From Haliotis cracherodii (taxonomy: Eukaryota): a stretch of 64,000 nt of DNA. The stretch spans positions 23,746,001 to 23,810,000 of the forward strand of contig NW_027266267.1 in NCBI RefSeq assembly GCF_022045235.1, given 5' to 3'. The notes below the pieces were generated by a model. The model did no database searches. It saw only the letters and a program-made list of their open reading frames with translations, and had not been told where the DNA came from. Below are positions 1-11,663 of the stretch, piece after piece. Both the position numbers and the translations under genes were made by a program. Numbering within the stretch: the stretch's first letter is position 1; each line of letters starts with the position of its first letter.

Positions 1-132
1 GAAAAACTTAGCAATTTTTTTTATTTTTATTTTTTTTTTGGGGGGGGGGGGAATATAGAAACTTAGGTTAATCTTTCGTTGATTGGTAATACCCTACACT
101 GGATGAGTTCACCAGTTAACGATCATAACGAT

Positions 133-297
133 CACATTGCCCTCGGTATCCAAAAGTATGATACTGGTCATATTGGCGCAGGTATTAAAATGGCTCTAGT
201 ATCCTTAAGTCTGATACTGGAGATATTTCCTCACGTATCCTAAAGTATCATAATTGTCCTATTACCTCAGATGTCTTAAGTCTGATACTGGTCAATG
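133..297 (+). repeat. Degenerate ~34-bp tandem repeat (atattgcctcaggtatcccaaagtctgatactggtc-like), also at ~1200-1310 and in the other units
   Basis: Recurrent gtatcc..aagtctgatactgg motif. Confidence 0.5.
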
Positions 298-819
298 ACC
301 ATATTGAGCAACGCATTGCTCTCCCTATTCGAACTTTGACCTGAGTAGCATGGGCACTAGTGGCGGAAAGCCCAATATCTCAGCTTTCTAAGGTGTCACA
401 ACTCTGATTTTCACCTTTTAACGCATAACGAAGAGCCATCAGAAAGATGATATTTCCGGCAGCTGTCTGTAAAGTAACCAGAAATAAATGTGGAAATCTG
501 GGTCAAGAGCTGAATGTTCTTGAAGAAGCATACATGTTTTTCCCACAAAAGATGCACCATGGTCGCTTCCCTGAAACTAGCAATCGTGTCCTTGTCCAAC
601 TTCTTTCCATAAAGATTTGTAAAACTATATATTTTAAATATTACAAAATAGCAAAAGGCACCACTTCAGCATATGGCTGATACATCTTTCATGTTTCGAT
701 CAAATATACTGAATGGCTTACGAATTCAGCCCCGGAAGCGAACCCCATCACCAATGGAGTCTAAGTCCAACTTCTGTCCCTATATTTTATTTTATTTTAA
801 AAATTCAAAAAATCCCATG

Positions 820-932
820 ATAGATTTTCCAAGTTTCTATCAGTTACACTTAATAGTTTTCGATTTCTGCCCCAGTAAAGGAAATGATTTCGGACAGACG
901 GACAGACAGTCGGACGGACGAACAGACAGACT
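820..932 (+). repeat. (GACA/GACG)n-containing interspersed repeat remnant, in each long unit; possibly Helentron-associated or MITE-like
   Basis: ccaagtttctatc...ggacagacggacagac pattern. Confidence 0.35.
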
Positions 933-1429
933 TGCCTCTTATAGAAACAGTTAGCATGTGTGAATGGTACTAATGAAAGTGTATTCTATCAGTTCCATAA
1001 AGTCACAACTTTTAACAATAGTCAGAAATAAACATCTGAAAGAAACACCAGAAATTGGATGAAACAATTGTTGGGATTGAATGGAAAATAAAGTAAGTCT
1101 TCTCATGGCTAAACTTCATAATGCATGATGAGTGACTTTAATTTCCTTGATTAGTAATGCTCTACACGATGGGAGACCATCAGGCCATGTCATTTTATAA
1201 GGTATCCCAAAGTCTATAGATCAAATTGCCTCATGTATCCCAAAATCTAATAAGGTCATATTTCCTCGCGTATCCAAAAGAGTAATAATTGTCATATTTC
1301 CTCAGATATTTTGAATTCAAACAATAATGGGTAAACTATCAAATAAAGTCACGTTAAGGGATCGACCTTATAATATATTCAATAATGTTGTGTTAAAATA
1401 TATGAATATTTATTTTTTCACTGCTTCAA

Positions 1430-1708
1430 GGGGGACACAGGTGGCCAAGTCGTCTAAGGCGTCGCGATTAGCTGTGCAGAATTGCGACCCTTGGGTATGT
1501 CAGGAACCTATGATTGTTGGCTCGAAACCCGGTCCGCCCCGATCATGTTTTTAGATTTGTCAGCACCATACCCGTGCTCGTGGGTTTCACCGAAGTGGTA
1601 AACGTCTGAGACCTGCATCACTTTGGGCTTTCCTGCCACATTAAGCTGATACGCCATGATATAACTGGAATACTGTTAAAAGCGGCACTAAAACCAACTC
1701 ACTGACTA
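1430..1708 (+). mobile_element. tRNA-derived SINE family B. Other copies: ~10448-10725, 16260-16535, 25241-25518, 30467-30743; 3' parts at ~37240, 40220, 46780
   Basis: A-box-like gtggccaagtcgt, B-box-like ggttcgaaaccc, tail ending aaaagcggc...aactcactg; dispersed homologues at 62089 and 63651. Confidence 0.75.
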
Positions 1709-1823
1709 CTTCAAAATGCAAGGAACGAAATAGTTGAATATTTAAAAAAGGTGTTTAAACACGTTCTCTGATGAAGCGTGTGTCACTGGGTGGCAACGTG
1801 GAACAGATGTTCGCACATTTCTT

Positions 1824-1942
1824 GGCCAATGAGTGCAATGCAGTACAAGTCGATACAGATACATGGTAAGGGCTGAGAGTTTTCTGATACAGTTATGGAA
1901 CATGTCTACTATTTCAATTTACACACATTACCTCTATAAAAG
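1824..1942 (+). promoter_or_regulatory. Putative Pol II promoter of the GTPase gene (CCAAT and TATA boxes), repeated upstream of all intact copies
   Basis: GGCCAAT at 1824-1830 and TATAAAAG at 1935-1942, ~80 nt before the ATG. Confidence 0.55.
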
Positions 1943-2020
1943 AAAGGTATACTGCGTTACCACATCATAGTGTAGTTGTAAACCACATCACTATTGAGTA
2001 TCAAGAACATTGTATCAAAC

Positions 2021-2674
2021 ATGAGTCGCAGATTTACTCTCCACTCAGAGGTCAGCAGTATTTTAGAAGAGGAAGATAGCTTCAACCTTGCTGTTATTGG
2101 AGATAGCAGTGTAGGAAAGTCAACCTTAATCTGCAGACTCATCAAACACTGGACAGAACAGAGCAGCAAATCCCACAAGAAAAGTAAGAAACGTGGTAAC
2201 GCTCGAGCTGATCTTGGAATCAAAGGGCGAAGTCTGACAGTCAATATTGTGGACACATCCACAACGAAGACCTGCACCTTCCCGCAGGGATTCCCCTCCT
2301 TTGATGTATACGTGTTGGTGTACTCGCTGGTGTGTGATGACTCCTTTGAGTCTGTGGTAGCAGCCAGGGACCAGATCCTCCAGCAAGAGGGACCTTCAGT
2401 CCCAATAGTTTTCGTGGCCAACAAGACAGACATCGCAGGCTCTGTAGATAAGACCGAGAGAATGTCCCGAGATCTGAACATTAACTGTGAATGGGAACAT
2501 GGACACGTGGAGATCTCGGCTGAGAAGGACCTTAGTGTCTTACAGGTACTGGAACAGATTATGAAGCGACATCATAAACATGTTTCTGTGACTGATGAAA
2601 AAAAGACGCACTCACGTCTTTCTAAAAAGTTGCGATCAATCAAAAATTTCTTTTTAAGGAATAGACGACGTTAA
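2021..2674 (+). CDS. Atypical Ras-superfamily small GTPase, copy 1 (217 aa, intronless)
   Basis: First ATG (caaacATG) is at 2021; the ORF track starts at an upstream TTG. G1 GDSSVGKS, G3-like DTST, G4 NKTD, G5 SAE. YVLVYS...DSFESV and PIVFVANKTD are Ras/Rap/Di-Ras/RASD-like. TATA box upstream, AATAAA at 2791. Confidence 0.85.
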   Translation: MSRRFTLHSEVSSILEEEDSFNLAVIGDSSVGKSTLICRLIKHWTEQSSKSHKKSKKRGNARADLGIKGRSLTVNIVDTSTTKTCTFPQGFPSFDVYVLVYSLVCDDSFESVVAARDQILQQEGPSVPIVFVANKTDIAGSVDKTERMSRDLNINCEWEHGHVEISAEKDLSVLQVLEQIMKRHHKHVSVTDEKKTHSRLSKKLRSIKNFFLRNRRR

Positions 2675-3326
2675 AGTGGTATTTCTATTGAGGAACTTTC
2701 AGTGTCCAAAATAACACATTAACTGAATTGTATGCATAATATATGTTCATGTCTTTTAACAATATGTCATACTCATAGTCACATAATACCAATAAATCAG
2801 TGAATATTTAAATCTGAATTTGTTTTTTTTAAAAGGATGTTTGATTTGTTCAAGAAGGGTACCATGTACGATGACACGCTTTAAGTCAAATCACAGAATC
2901 TGACCAGTATTTTCAGTCTGTGTAATCCACAGAGGGACAGTCGTGTCATGAGTTCATGAGTATCGGTACAAATTGTATGGTCGATGTTGGCTAGTAGCAC
3001 TTAGACACTTGATGTCAACAAGGCTAGATAACTGCTTGGAATGAAAAAGGGTCTTTCAGGAAATGATTGCAGTTTATAAATGAGTGATACTAGTTTAATC
3101 TCATGTTTCTCATTTGACAACATACCTACCTTTGAACCACTCATCATGAGAATAACGTCCAAAATGTTTCCTCAAAATGTATTTACCATGCCTAAAGGGT
3201 GTCTGTTCGTAGTACATTACATTGAAACCTATAAAGGGTGTATTTGTAAGTGGCCATGTCAATAGTTGAAATCAGTACCCAAAAAAATAAACACACGCGT
3301 CGTCTAGTAGTATCTTTCATATTTTT

Positions 3327-4885
3327 TAGGTATAGGATAAAGCACGAATCCGAGGTTATGCTTGGGGATGTAAAACCCGAGGCGACAGGGGAGAGAAAAT
3401 GTAAGACCGAGGGCGAAGCCCCGAGGTCTTACATTTGGAATCCCCGATCACCGAGTGTTTTACATCCCGAGGCATAACCGAGGAGGAGTGTTGTATCTAG
3501 CTTAGAAACCGTGGGGAAACTGAAAATTTCGAGTGTATGAGAACTACGTTTTGATTCCCTGTACTGACGTAAGTTATAGAAAGTTGATCAGATCATGCAT
3601 GTGCCGATTATCACGCACTGCACGTGCAGATTGCTGGTACTTGGGAGAGGTTTTACAATTGTCATGTCACGTGACTAGGACGTAACCAAACATATCCTAG
3701 CTGACCGGATTATCACGTACTGCACGTGCAGATTGCCGATACTTGTGAGAGGTTTTACAATTGTCATGTCACGTGACCAGCTTCTTTTAAACGTGCGCAT
3801 TTCCACAGTAACCACACACTTTTACCGTGAACACGATGAGCGACGAGGACATCCTTCTAACCCATGCTCAGAAAATGGACACTTTCTACTACTCGCCATT
3901 AGCGAAACCCAAGGCAGACAGATGGTTCAGCAATTTCCCGATAGGACACAACACGCTTCAAGGCATAATCAAGTGACTGTGTCGGAATGCAGGAATCGAG
4001 GGAAAGCGAACAAATCACTCTCTCAGGGCAACTTCTGCCACCAGACTATAGAGAGCCAACGTTGATGGGCAACTTAATGGCGAGCAGACAGGTAAAGCAA
4101 CATTTTACGGATTGAAGTTTTTAAAAAAATATTTTTACTTCCATATTGGTGGCAAAGATAACATACAAATTATTTGTGGGCAACTATTTTGGAGTAGTGT
4201 TATCATTTGAAAGGTACAATTGATAGCGTATATGTTTCAGGCCATCGAAGCGAAACTGTGCGCACTTATAATCGGACATTCGAAGATCAGAAACTGCTGG
4301 TGTCGTACATCATCTATGGTGGTGGAAAGCAGAAAAAGTCTGTTACTGCCACTGCCACGAGACCACCTCCAGATGATGCTACTGCGCCGCCGTCAGTTGC
4401 TACTGCTACTGCTATTCCGTCATCTGCAGCACCGCCACCAGCCGTTTCCAGCGAAATTGTCTCTGATCACGACTTGCGAGAGAAAACCAAAAAAGACGCT
4501 TCGCGGAACATTTGTGTCACATTCAACTGCAGCTGAACTGTAAATGGCATGGTTTATGGCATCTCAGAATAAACATTCTTGAAATTGAAACATGTGTGTG
4601 TTGATTTATTTTAAAGAACTAATCCGCTACCCCACGCCTGGTTTGCGCCATGGGTCAGGTTAATAAATCTGTTGGTAAAACCTCAAGTGAGGAGCAGGTC
4701 AAAAAACAACCTGAACAACTCTACCAGAAAGGGACAAGTTAATAAATCTTCAGTATGGACCTCCCTCTGATCAGCAAGTATACTTGTTGGATAATCAGTA
4801 GTGAGCGGTTCATGCAGACTGGCGGTCATTCCACGATAGCAATGCACCCACGAAACAATAGACATAATTTACCCTAGGTTTCTAA
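3327..4885 (+). mobile_element. Crypton-like tyrosine-recombinase DNA element, internally deleted, both ends present
   Basis: Absent at homologous empty sites (12317, 26587, 38939, 48553). Encodes WFSNFPIGHNTL...NHSLRATSATRL...TGHRSETVRTY (DUF3504/YR C-terminal half) with an intron at 4092-4240. This copy has two premature stops. AATAAA at 4568. Confidence 0.85.
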
Positions 4886-5767
4886 TGTTCCATCAGGGTT
4901 GAATAGCAACCTGCTATCTGAGAGTATACTGACCTAACATTTTAATTGGAATGTATGTGTTTGATGTTTGACGCCACACAGCACTACTCCTGCCATACGA
5001 TGGGGTTCTGAAAAGGCAGTCGAAAATACCGGTGTTAGTATCTGGTGCATCTGTGAGTCTCACTGGAAAAGGCTTGTCTGAAATGAATAGGACAGAGTTT
5101 TAGTCTAATCTTTCGTGTCCGTCACGCCCTGCCGGAGACTTGTAAAACGTTAGCTGCCGTTTACCGCGGTCGAACCCTTGAGACACCTTCGGCTATTTGA
5201 AGTTGGAAATCACATGGACTGGTATTCTACAGTTTCTTACACATGTCATTGTTATACACCTTAAACTGCCTCCGTGGTGTATTTGATAGAACATCTACCC
5301 AGACAGCGGATAGTCAGTAGTTCAATTCCCTGACCGCTGTATACCAAAATATATGTAAATATGTTATAATTACTGGTTACCCTTCCGGGTTTAGGGGGAT
5401 TAGTCAAGAACTTGTCGGCCTGGAGTATGACGTACCCGGGTGGGATATCAATGTTAATCGGACGCACGCAAGCGCGAACGCAGGCACGCACGCAATAGCA
5501 TTTAGGTGACGTCATAGGGGGATAGGTGACGTCACGTTCAATAGTGACGTCATCTGGTTTGTTCTCTGACGTTTCCATATTTGTAAAAGTGGGTCAGTGA
5601 CATTTGTGTTGATTGCAGTAAATGTTTTTATTTGATAACAAATTCCATTTTTCAGGGCATTATCATTTGCAGAAGAAGCCAGTCTTCGTCGGGCAGTTAA
5701 TGGAAGACCTCGGGCTTCTGTAAATGATGATACCCTGAAAAATAGCGATACCCTTATAATACTAATT

Positions 5768-5936
5768 GGGGCGGTCGGGTAGCCTAGTGGTTAAAGCATT
5801 CGCTCGTCACCCGAAGACCCGGGTTCGATTCCCGACATGGGTACAATGTGTGAAGCCCATTTTTGGTGTCCCCCGCTGTGAAATTGCTGGGATATTGCTT
5901 AAAGCGGCGTACAACCATACTCAATCACTCACTCAC
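5768..5936 (+). mobile_element. tRNA-derived SINE family A. Array copies: 13223-13388, 20584-20753, 27512-27677, 34517-34689, 44058-44231
   Basis: A box TAGCCTAGTGG, B box GGTTCGATTCC, (ACTC)n tail; 12-bp TSD tataatactaat; empty site at 49481-49492. Confidence 0.9.
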
Positions 5937-6244
5937 TATAATATTAATCAACTAAACAGAATCGCGTTGCCTCCTGACGTACAGACATTAGCCGGTAGTT
6001 ACACATTACATTTATCACACATTCCCCTGTTTAACACACCCAGTGCTTCACACTCTCTTAAGTGTTTCGATAGCAGCTTTATCCAAACTGTGTCAGTGTG
6101 TCACTTGACTCAGAGAAGTGACCCACTACTCCATCATTAGTTTTCAGGATGTGTGAAAGAATAAATATTGCTTTAAGCCGCACCAGCAATATTACAGTTA
6201 GTCGCGTCGAGAACCAGTATGTGTATATAAAAAATTGTTATATA

Positions 6245-7342
6245 AGGTCCGTGTGACAGTTTACTGATGCTATGGCAACTGGCAAATTTGTAATTTTAGT
6301 GGTTGTTTCAGAAGGGGTTCTGGTGATTGAAGCATAGGTTTCTTTAGGTTCTGAGGTTGGCATCGACAAAACTAAGTTTGTGAATTGTATTTTGTTTATT
6401 TCCATTTGCTGTTTCTAGATTGGACAGTTTTTAGAGAAAGGTGGGTGATAACCTCAGCAGTTCATGCCTTTTTTATAAATGCTGTCGCAATCTTCTGTTA
6501 CGTGTGTTTTCTCCCAATGTGCAAGTACTCACGTGATGTCCACACTTTTGACATTTGAAGCACCTCAAAGGGTTAGGAGTGAAGATGCAAACCTTGTGAA
6601 TGCAATAGCCTGGTTTGACTGACTTGTGTGCAGTAGGAACAGAAAGCGAAAAGATATATATGTTTGTTTCAACAGTCTCGTTGTCTTTTCGCATTGTGAA
6701 TTGTTTGGCATATGCCACTCATAGATCTTTCATTTCAGAAACAATATCAATAATATCAGCAAACAATCGATCCCAGTCTCGTACAATACCTCTGCTGGTG
6801 TTCAGTGTTCTGTGAGGACACACCAGAAAAGGGACTGCAACAAATCTGTTGCCAATTCGCAACAGATTAGTTGCTTGTTGTTTTCTATTATATTCAAGTG
6901 ATAGGGACCTTGTGTGCAAGTGTTTAATGTTCTTAACTTCTCCTGGAGTGTCATGAAGACGAAGCCAATGACAACTTGATCTTGGACTTGCAGCACAAAG
7001 AATATCCGGATGATCATGACATTCACATGTCAAAGTCAAAAGATAACTTTTTCATCAGATCGGCCTCTGCGCCACAGCCTTCTGGCACGGACATCTAGGT
7101 AATTTTTGGATTTAAGAAGTAGAGTTAAAAAAGAAATGAACATAAATAATCATTTCCATTTTACATATACACTTCCAAGTCAAATAGTGATAGAACAAGA
7201 AGGGTGAGGTGTCCATAGCATGACCAGCCAATTAATAGAGCGGGGCCTATCCGTCCAGGCAACAACCGTCCAGGCAACATAAGGGTCACAGTGATGTATT
7301 GCGTAAAGAGACCAGTACCTCAACTACCAGAATCCCATCCAA
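6245..7342 (-). mobile_element. Decayed I/Nimb-like LINE 5'UTR + ORF1 (gag). Copies: ~13720-14818, 21060-22150, 28010-29107, 34940-35997, 44480-45540
   Basis: SRGIVRD...IPNPLRCFKCQKxGH zinc knuckle with stops; 5' part is homologous to 51180-51320. Confidence 0.75.
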
Positions 7343-9817
7343 ACTATAGAAACTTAGGTTAATCTTTCGTTGAATGGTAGTACTCTACACTGGATGAGTT
7401 CACCAGTTAACGATCATAACGTCATCAAGTATCATTAAGTATCCTTAAGTCTGATACTGGAGATATTTCCTCACGTATCCTAAAGTATCATAATTGTCCT
7501 ATTACCTCAGATGTCTTGAAGTCTGATACTGGTCAATGACCAAATTGAGCAACGCGTTGCTCTCCCTATTCGAACTTGACCTGAGTAGCGTGGGCACTAG
7601 TGGCGGAAAGCCCAATATCTCAGCTTTTTAAGGTGTCACAACTCTGATTCACACCTTTCAACGCGTAACGAAGAGTCATCAGAAAGATGATATTTCCGGC
7701 AGCTTTCGGTAAAGTAACCCGAATTTAATGTGCAAATCTGGGTCAAGAGTTGAATGTTCTTGAAAAAGCATACATGTTTTTCCCACAAAAGATGCACCAT
7801 GGTTGCTTCCCTGAAACTAGCAATCGTGTCCTTGTCCAACTTCTTTCCATAAAGATTTGTAAAAATCTATATTTTATATATTTCAAAAGAGCAAAAGGCA
7901 CCACTTCAGCATATGACTGATACATCTTTCAAGTTTTCGAGCAAATATACTGAATGACTTACGAATTCTGCCCCGGAAACGAACTCCATTCCCAATGGAG
8001 TATATGTCCAACTTGACTAGAGTTAAAAAAGAAATGAACATAAATAATCAAACATTTCCATTTTACATATACACTTTCAAGTCAAATAGTGATAGAACAA
8101 GAAGGGTGAGGTGTCCATAGCATGACCAGCCAATTAATAGAGCGGGGCCTATCCGTCCAGGCAACAACCGTCCAGGCAACATAAGGGTCACAGGGGATGT
8201 ATTGCGTAAAGAGACCAGTACCTCAACTACCAGAATCCCATCCAAACTATAGAAACTTAGGTTAATCTTTCGTTGAATGGTAATACTCTACACTGGATGA
8301 GTTCACCAGTTAACGATCATAACGTCATCAAGTATCATTAAGTATCCTTAAGTCTGATACTGGAGATATTTCCTCACGTATCCTAAAGTATCATAATTGT
8401 CCTATTACCTCAGATGTCTTGAAGTCTGATACTGGTCAATGACCAAATTGAGCAACGCGTTGCTCTCCCTATTCGAACTTGACCTGAGTAGCGTGGGCAC
8501 TAGTGGCGGAAAGCCCAATATCTCAGCTTTTTAAGGTGTCACAACTCTGATTCACACCTTTCAACGCGTAACGAAGAGTCATCAGAAAGATGATATTTCC
8601 GGCAGCTTTCGGTAAAGTAACCCGAATTTAATGTGCAAATCTGGGTCAAGAGTTGAATGTTCTTGAAAAAGCATACATGTTTTTCCCACAAAAGATGCAC
8701 CATGGTCGCTTCCCTGAAACTAGCAATCGTGTCCTTGTCCAACTTCTTTCCATAAAGATTTGTAAAAATCTATATTTTATATATTTCAAAAGAGCAAAAG
8801 GCACCACTTCAGCATATGACTGATACATCTTTCAAGTTTTCGAGCAAATATACTGAATGACTTACGAATTCTGCCCCGGAAACGAACTCCATTCCCAATG
8901 GAGTATATGTCCAACTTGACTAGAGTTAAAAAAGAAATGAACATAAATAATCAAACATTTCCATTTTACATATACACTTTCAAGTCAAATAGTGATAGAA
9001 CAAGAAGGGTGAGGTGTCCATAGCATGACCAGCCAATTAATAGAGCGGGGCCTATCCGTCCAGGCAACAACCGTCCAGGCAACATAAGGGTCACAGGGGA
9101 TGTATTGCGTAAAGAGACCAGTACCTCAACTACCAGAATCCCATCCAAACTATAGAAACTTAGGTTAATCTTTCGTTGAATGGTAATACTCTACACTGGA
9201 TGAGTTCACCAGTTAACGATCATAACGTCATCAAGTATCATTAAGTATCCTTAAGTCTGATACTGGAGATATTTCCTCACGTATCCTAAAGTATCATAAT
9301 TGTCCTATTACCTCAGATGTCTTGAAGTCTGATACTGGTCAATGACCAAATTGAGCAACGCGTTGCTCTCCCTATTCGAACTTGACCTGAGTAGCGTGGG
9401 CACTAGTGGCGGAAAGCCCAATATCTCAGCTTTTTAAGGTGTCACAACTCTGATTCACACCTTTTAACGCGTAACGAAGAGTCATCAGAAAGATGATATT
9501 TCCGGCAGCTTTCGGTAAAGTAACCCGAATTTAATGTGCAAATCTGGGTCAAGAGTTGAATGTTCTTGAAAAAGCATACATGTTTTTCCCACAAAAGATG
9601 CACCATGGTCGCTTCCCTGAAACTAGCAATCGTGTCCTTGTCCAACTTCTTTCCATAAAGATTTGTAAAAATCTATATTTTATATATTTCAAAAGAGCAA
9701 AAGGCACCACTTCAGCATATGACTGATACATCTTTCAAGTTTTCGAGCAAATATACTGAATGACTTACGAATTCTGCCCCGGAAACGAACTCCATTCCCA
9801 ATGGAGTCTAAGTCCAA
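7120..9817 (+). repeat. ~903-bp tandem triplication
   Basis: Units start at 7120, 8018 and 8921, with junction gtccaacttgac|tagagttaaa. Confidence 0.95.
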
Positions 9818-11009
9818 TATCTGTCCCTAAAACTGTTTAAAAAAATAACATTCGAAAAATCCCATGATAGATTTTCCAAGTTTCTATCAAATACACTGAA
9901 AAGTTTTCGATTTCTGCCCCAGTAAAGGAAATGATTATGGACAGACAGACGGACAGACGGACGGACGAACAGACAGACTGGCGTCTTATAGAAACAGTTA
10001 GCATGTGTGAATGGTACTAATGAAAGTGTATTCTATCAGTTCTATAAAGTCACAACTTTTAACAATAGTGAGAAATAAACATCTGAAAGAAACACCAGAA
10101 ATTGGATGGAACAATTGTTGGGATTGAATGGAAAATAAAGTAAGTCTTCTCATGGCTAAACTTCATAATGCATGATGAGTGACTTTAATTTCCTTGATTA
10201 GTAATGCTCTACACGAGAGGAGATCATCAGGCCATGTCATTTTATAAGGTATCCCAAAGTCTTAATATATAGATCAAATTCCTCAGGTATCCCAAAGTCT
10301 AAAAAGGTCATATTTCCTTGCGTATCCAAAAAGAGTAATAATTGTCATAGTTCCTCAGATATTTGGAATGCACACAATTATGGGTAAATAATATATTCAG
10401 TAATGGTGTGGTAAAATATATGAATATTTATTTTGTCACTGCTTCAAAGGGGACACAGGTGGCCAAGTCGTCTAAGGCGCCGCGATTAGCTGTGCAGAAT
10501 TGCAACCCTTGGGTATGTCAGGAACCTATGATTGTTGGTTCGAAACGCGGTCCGCCCCGATCATGTTATTAGATTTGTGAGCACCATACCCGTGCTCATT
10601 GGTTTCACCGAAGTGGTAAACGTCTGAGACCTGCATCACTTTGGGCTTTCCTCCCACATTAACCTGATACGCCATGATATAACTGGAATACTGTTAAAAG
10701 CGGCACTAAAACCAACTCACTGACTACTTCAAAATGCAAGGAACGAAATAGTTAAATATTAAAAAAGGTATTTAAACACGTTCTCTAATGAAGCGTGGAT
10801 GGCAACGTGGAACAGATGTTCGCACATTTCTTGGCCAATGAGTACAGATACATGGTAAGGGCTGAGAGTTTTCTGATATAGTTATGGAACATGTCTACTA
10901 TTTCAATTTACACACATTACCTCTATAAAAGAAAGGTATGCTGCGTTACCACATCATAGTGTAGTTGTAAACCACATCACTATTGAGTATCAAGAACAAT
11001 GTATCAAAC

Positions 11010-11663
11010 ATGAGTCGCAGATTTACTCTCCACTCAGAGGTCAGCAGTATTTTAGAAGAGGAAGATAGCTTCAACCTTGCTGTTATTGGAGATAGCAGTG
11101 TAGGAAAGTCAACCTTAATCTGCAGACTCATCAAACACTGGACAGAACAGAGCAGCAAATCCCACAAGAAAAGTAAGAAACGTGGTAACGCTCGAGTTGA
11201 TCTTGGAATCAAAGGGCGAAGTCTGACAGTCGATATTGTGAACACATCCACAACGAAGACCTGCACCTTCCCGCAGGGATTCCCCTCCATTGATGTATAC
11301 GTGTTGGTGTACTCGCTGGTGTGTGATGACTCCTTTGAGTCTGTGGTAGCAGCCAGGGACCAGATCCTCCAGCAACAGGGACCTTCAGTCCCAATAGTGT
11401 TCGTGGCCAACAAGACAGACATCGCTGACTCTGTAGATAAGACCGAGAGAATGTCCCGAGATCTGAACATTAACTGTGAATGGGAACATGGACACGTGGA
11501 GATCTCGGCTGAGAAGGACCTTAGTGTCTTGCAGGTACTGGAACAGATTATGAAGCGACATCATAAACATGTTTCTGTAACTGATGAAAAAAAGACGCAC
11601 TCACGTCTTTCTAAAAAGTTGCGATCAATCAAAAATTTCTTTTTAAGGAATAGACGACGTTAA
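11010..11663 (+). CDS. Atypical Ras-like GTPase, copy 2 (G3 Asp->Asn)
   Basis: Near-identical to copy 1 with intact frame; NTST at G3. Confidence 0.8.
   Translation: MSRRFTLHSEVSSILEEEDSFNLAVIGDSSVGKSTLICRLIKHWTEQSSKSHKKSKKRGNARVDLGIKGRSLTVDIVNTSTTKTCTFPQGFPSIDVYVLVYSLVCDDSFESVVAARDQILQQQGPSVPIVFVANKTDIADSVDKTERMSRDLNINCEWEHGHVEISAEKDLSVLQVLEQIMKRHHKHVSVTDEKKTHSRLSKKLRSIKNFFLRNRRR

Noticed and set aside
411-599. Recurrent 62-67 aa ORF MDKDTIASF... and other short repeated ORFs
   Set aside because: No motifs, often non-ATG starts; repeated only because the DNA is duplicated
1994-2020. N-terminal MSIKNIVSN extension in the ORF track
   Set aside because: Starts at TTG; in a eukaryote the first ATG with good context is at 2021
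1957-2481. 174-194 aa antisense ORF over every GTPase copy
   Set aside because: Shadow frame of the real CDS with no recognisable motifs; recurrence is explained by recent duplication
3327-4885. Prokaryotic integron or phage integrase, or a DIRS retroelement
   Set aside because: A spliceosomal intron and polyA signal are present and there is no RT/RNase H or gag inside the element; motifs fit Crypton/DUF3504
5768-5840. tRNA genes
   Set aside because: A/B boxes are present but there is no clean cloverleaf; they continue into a SINE body with tail and TSD
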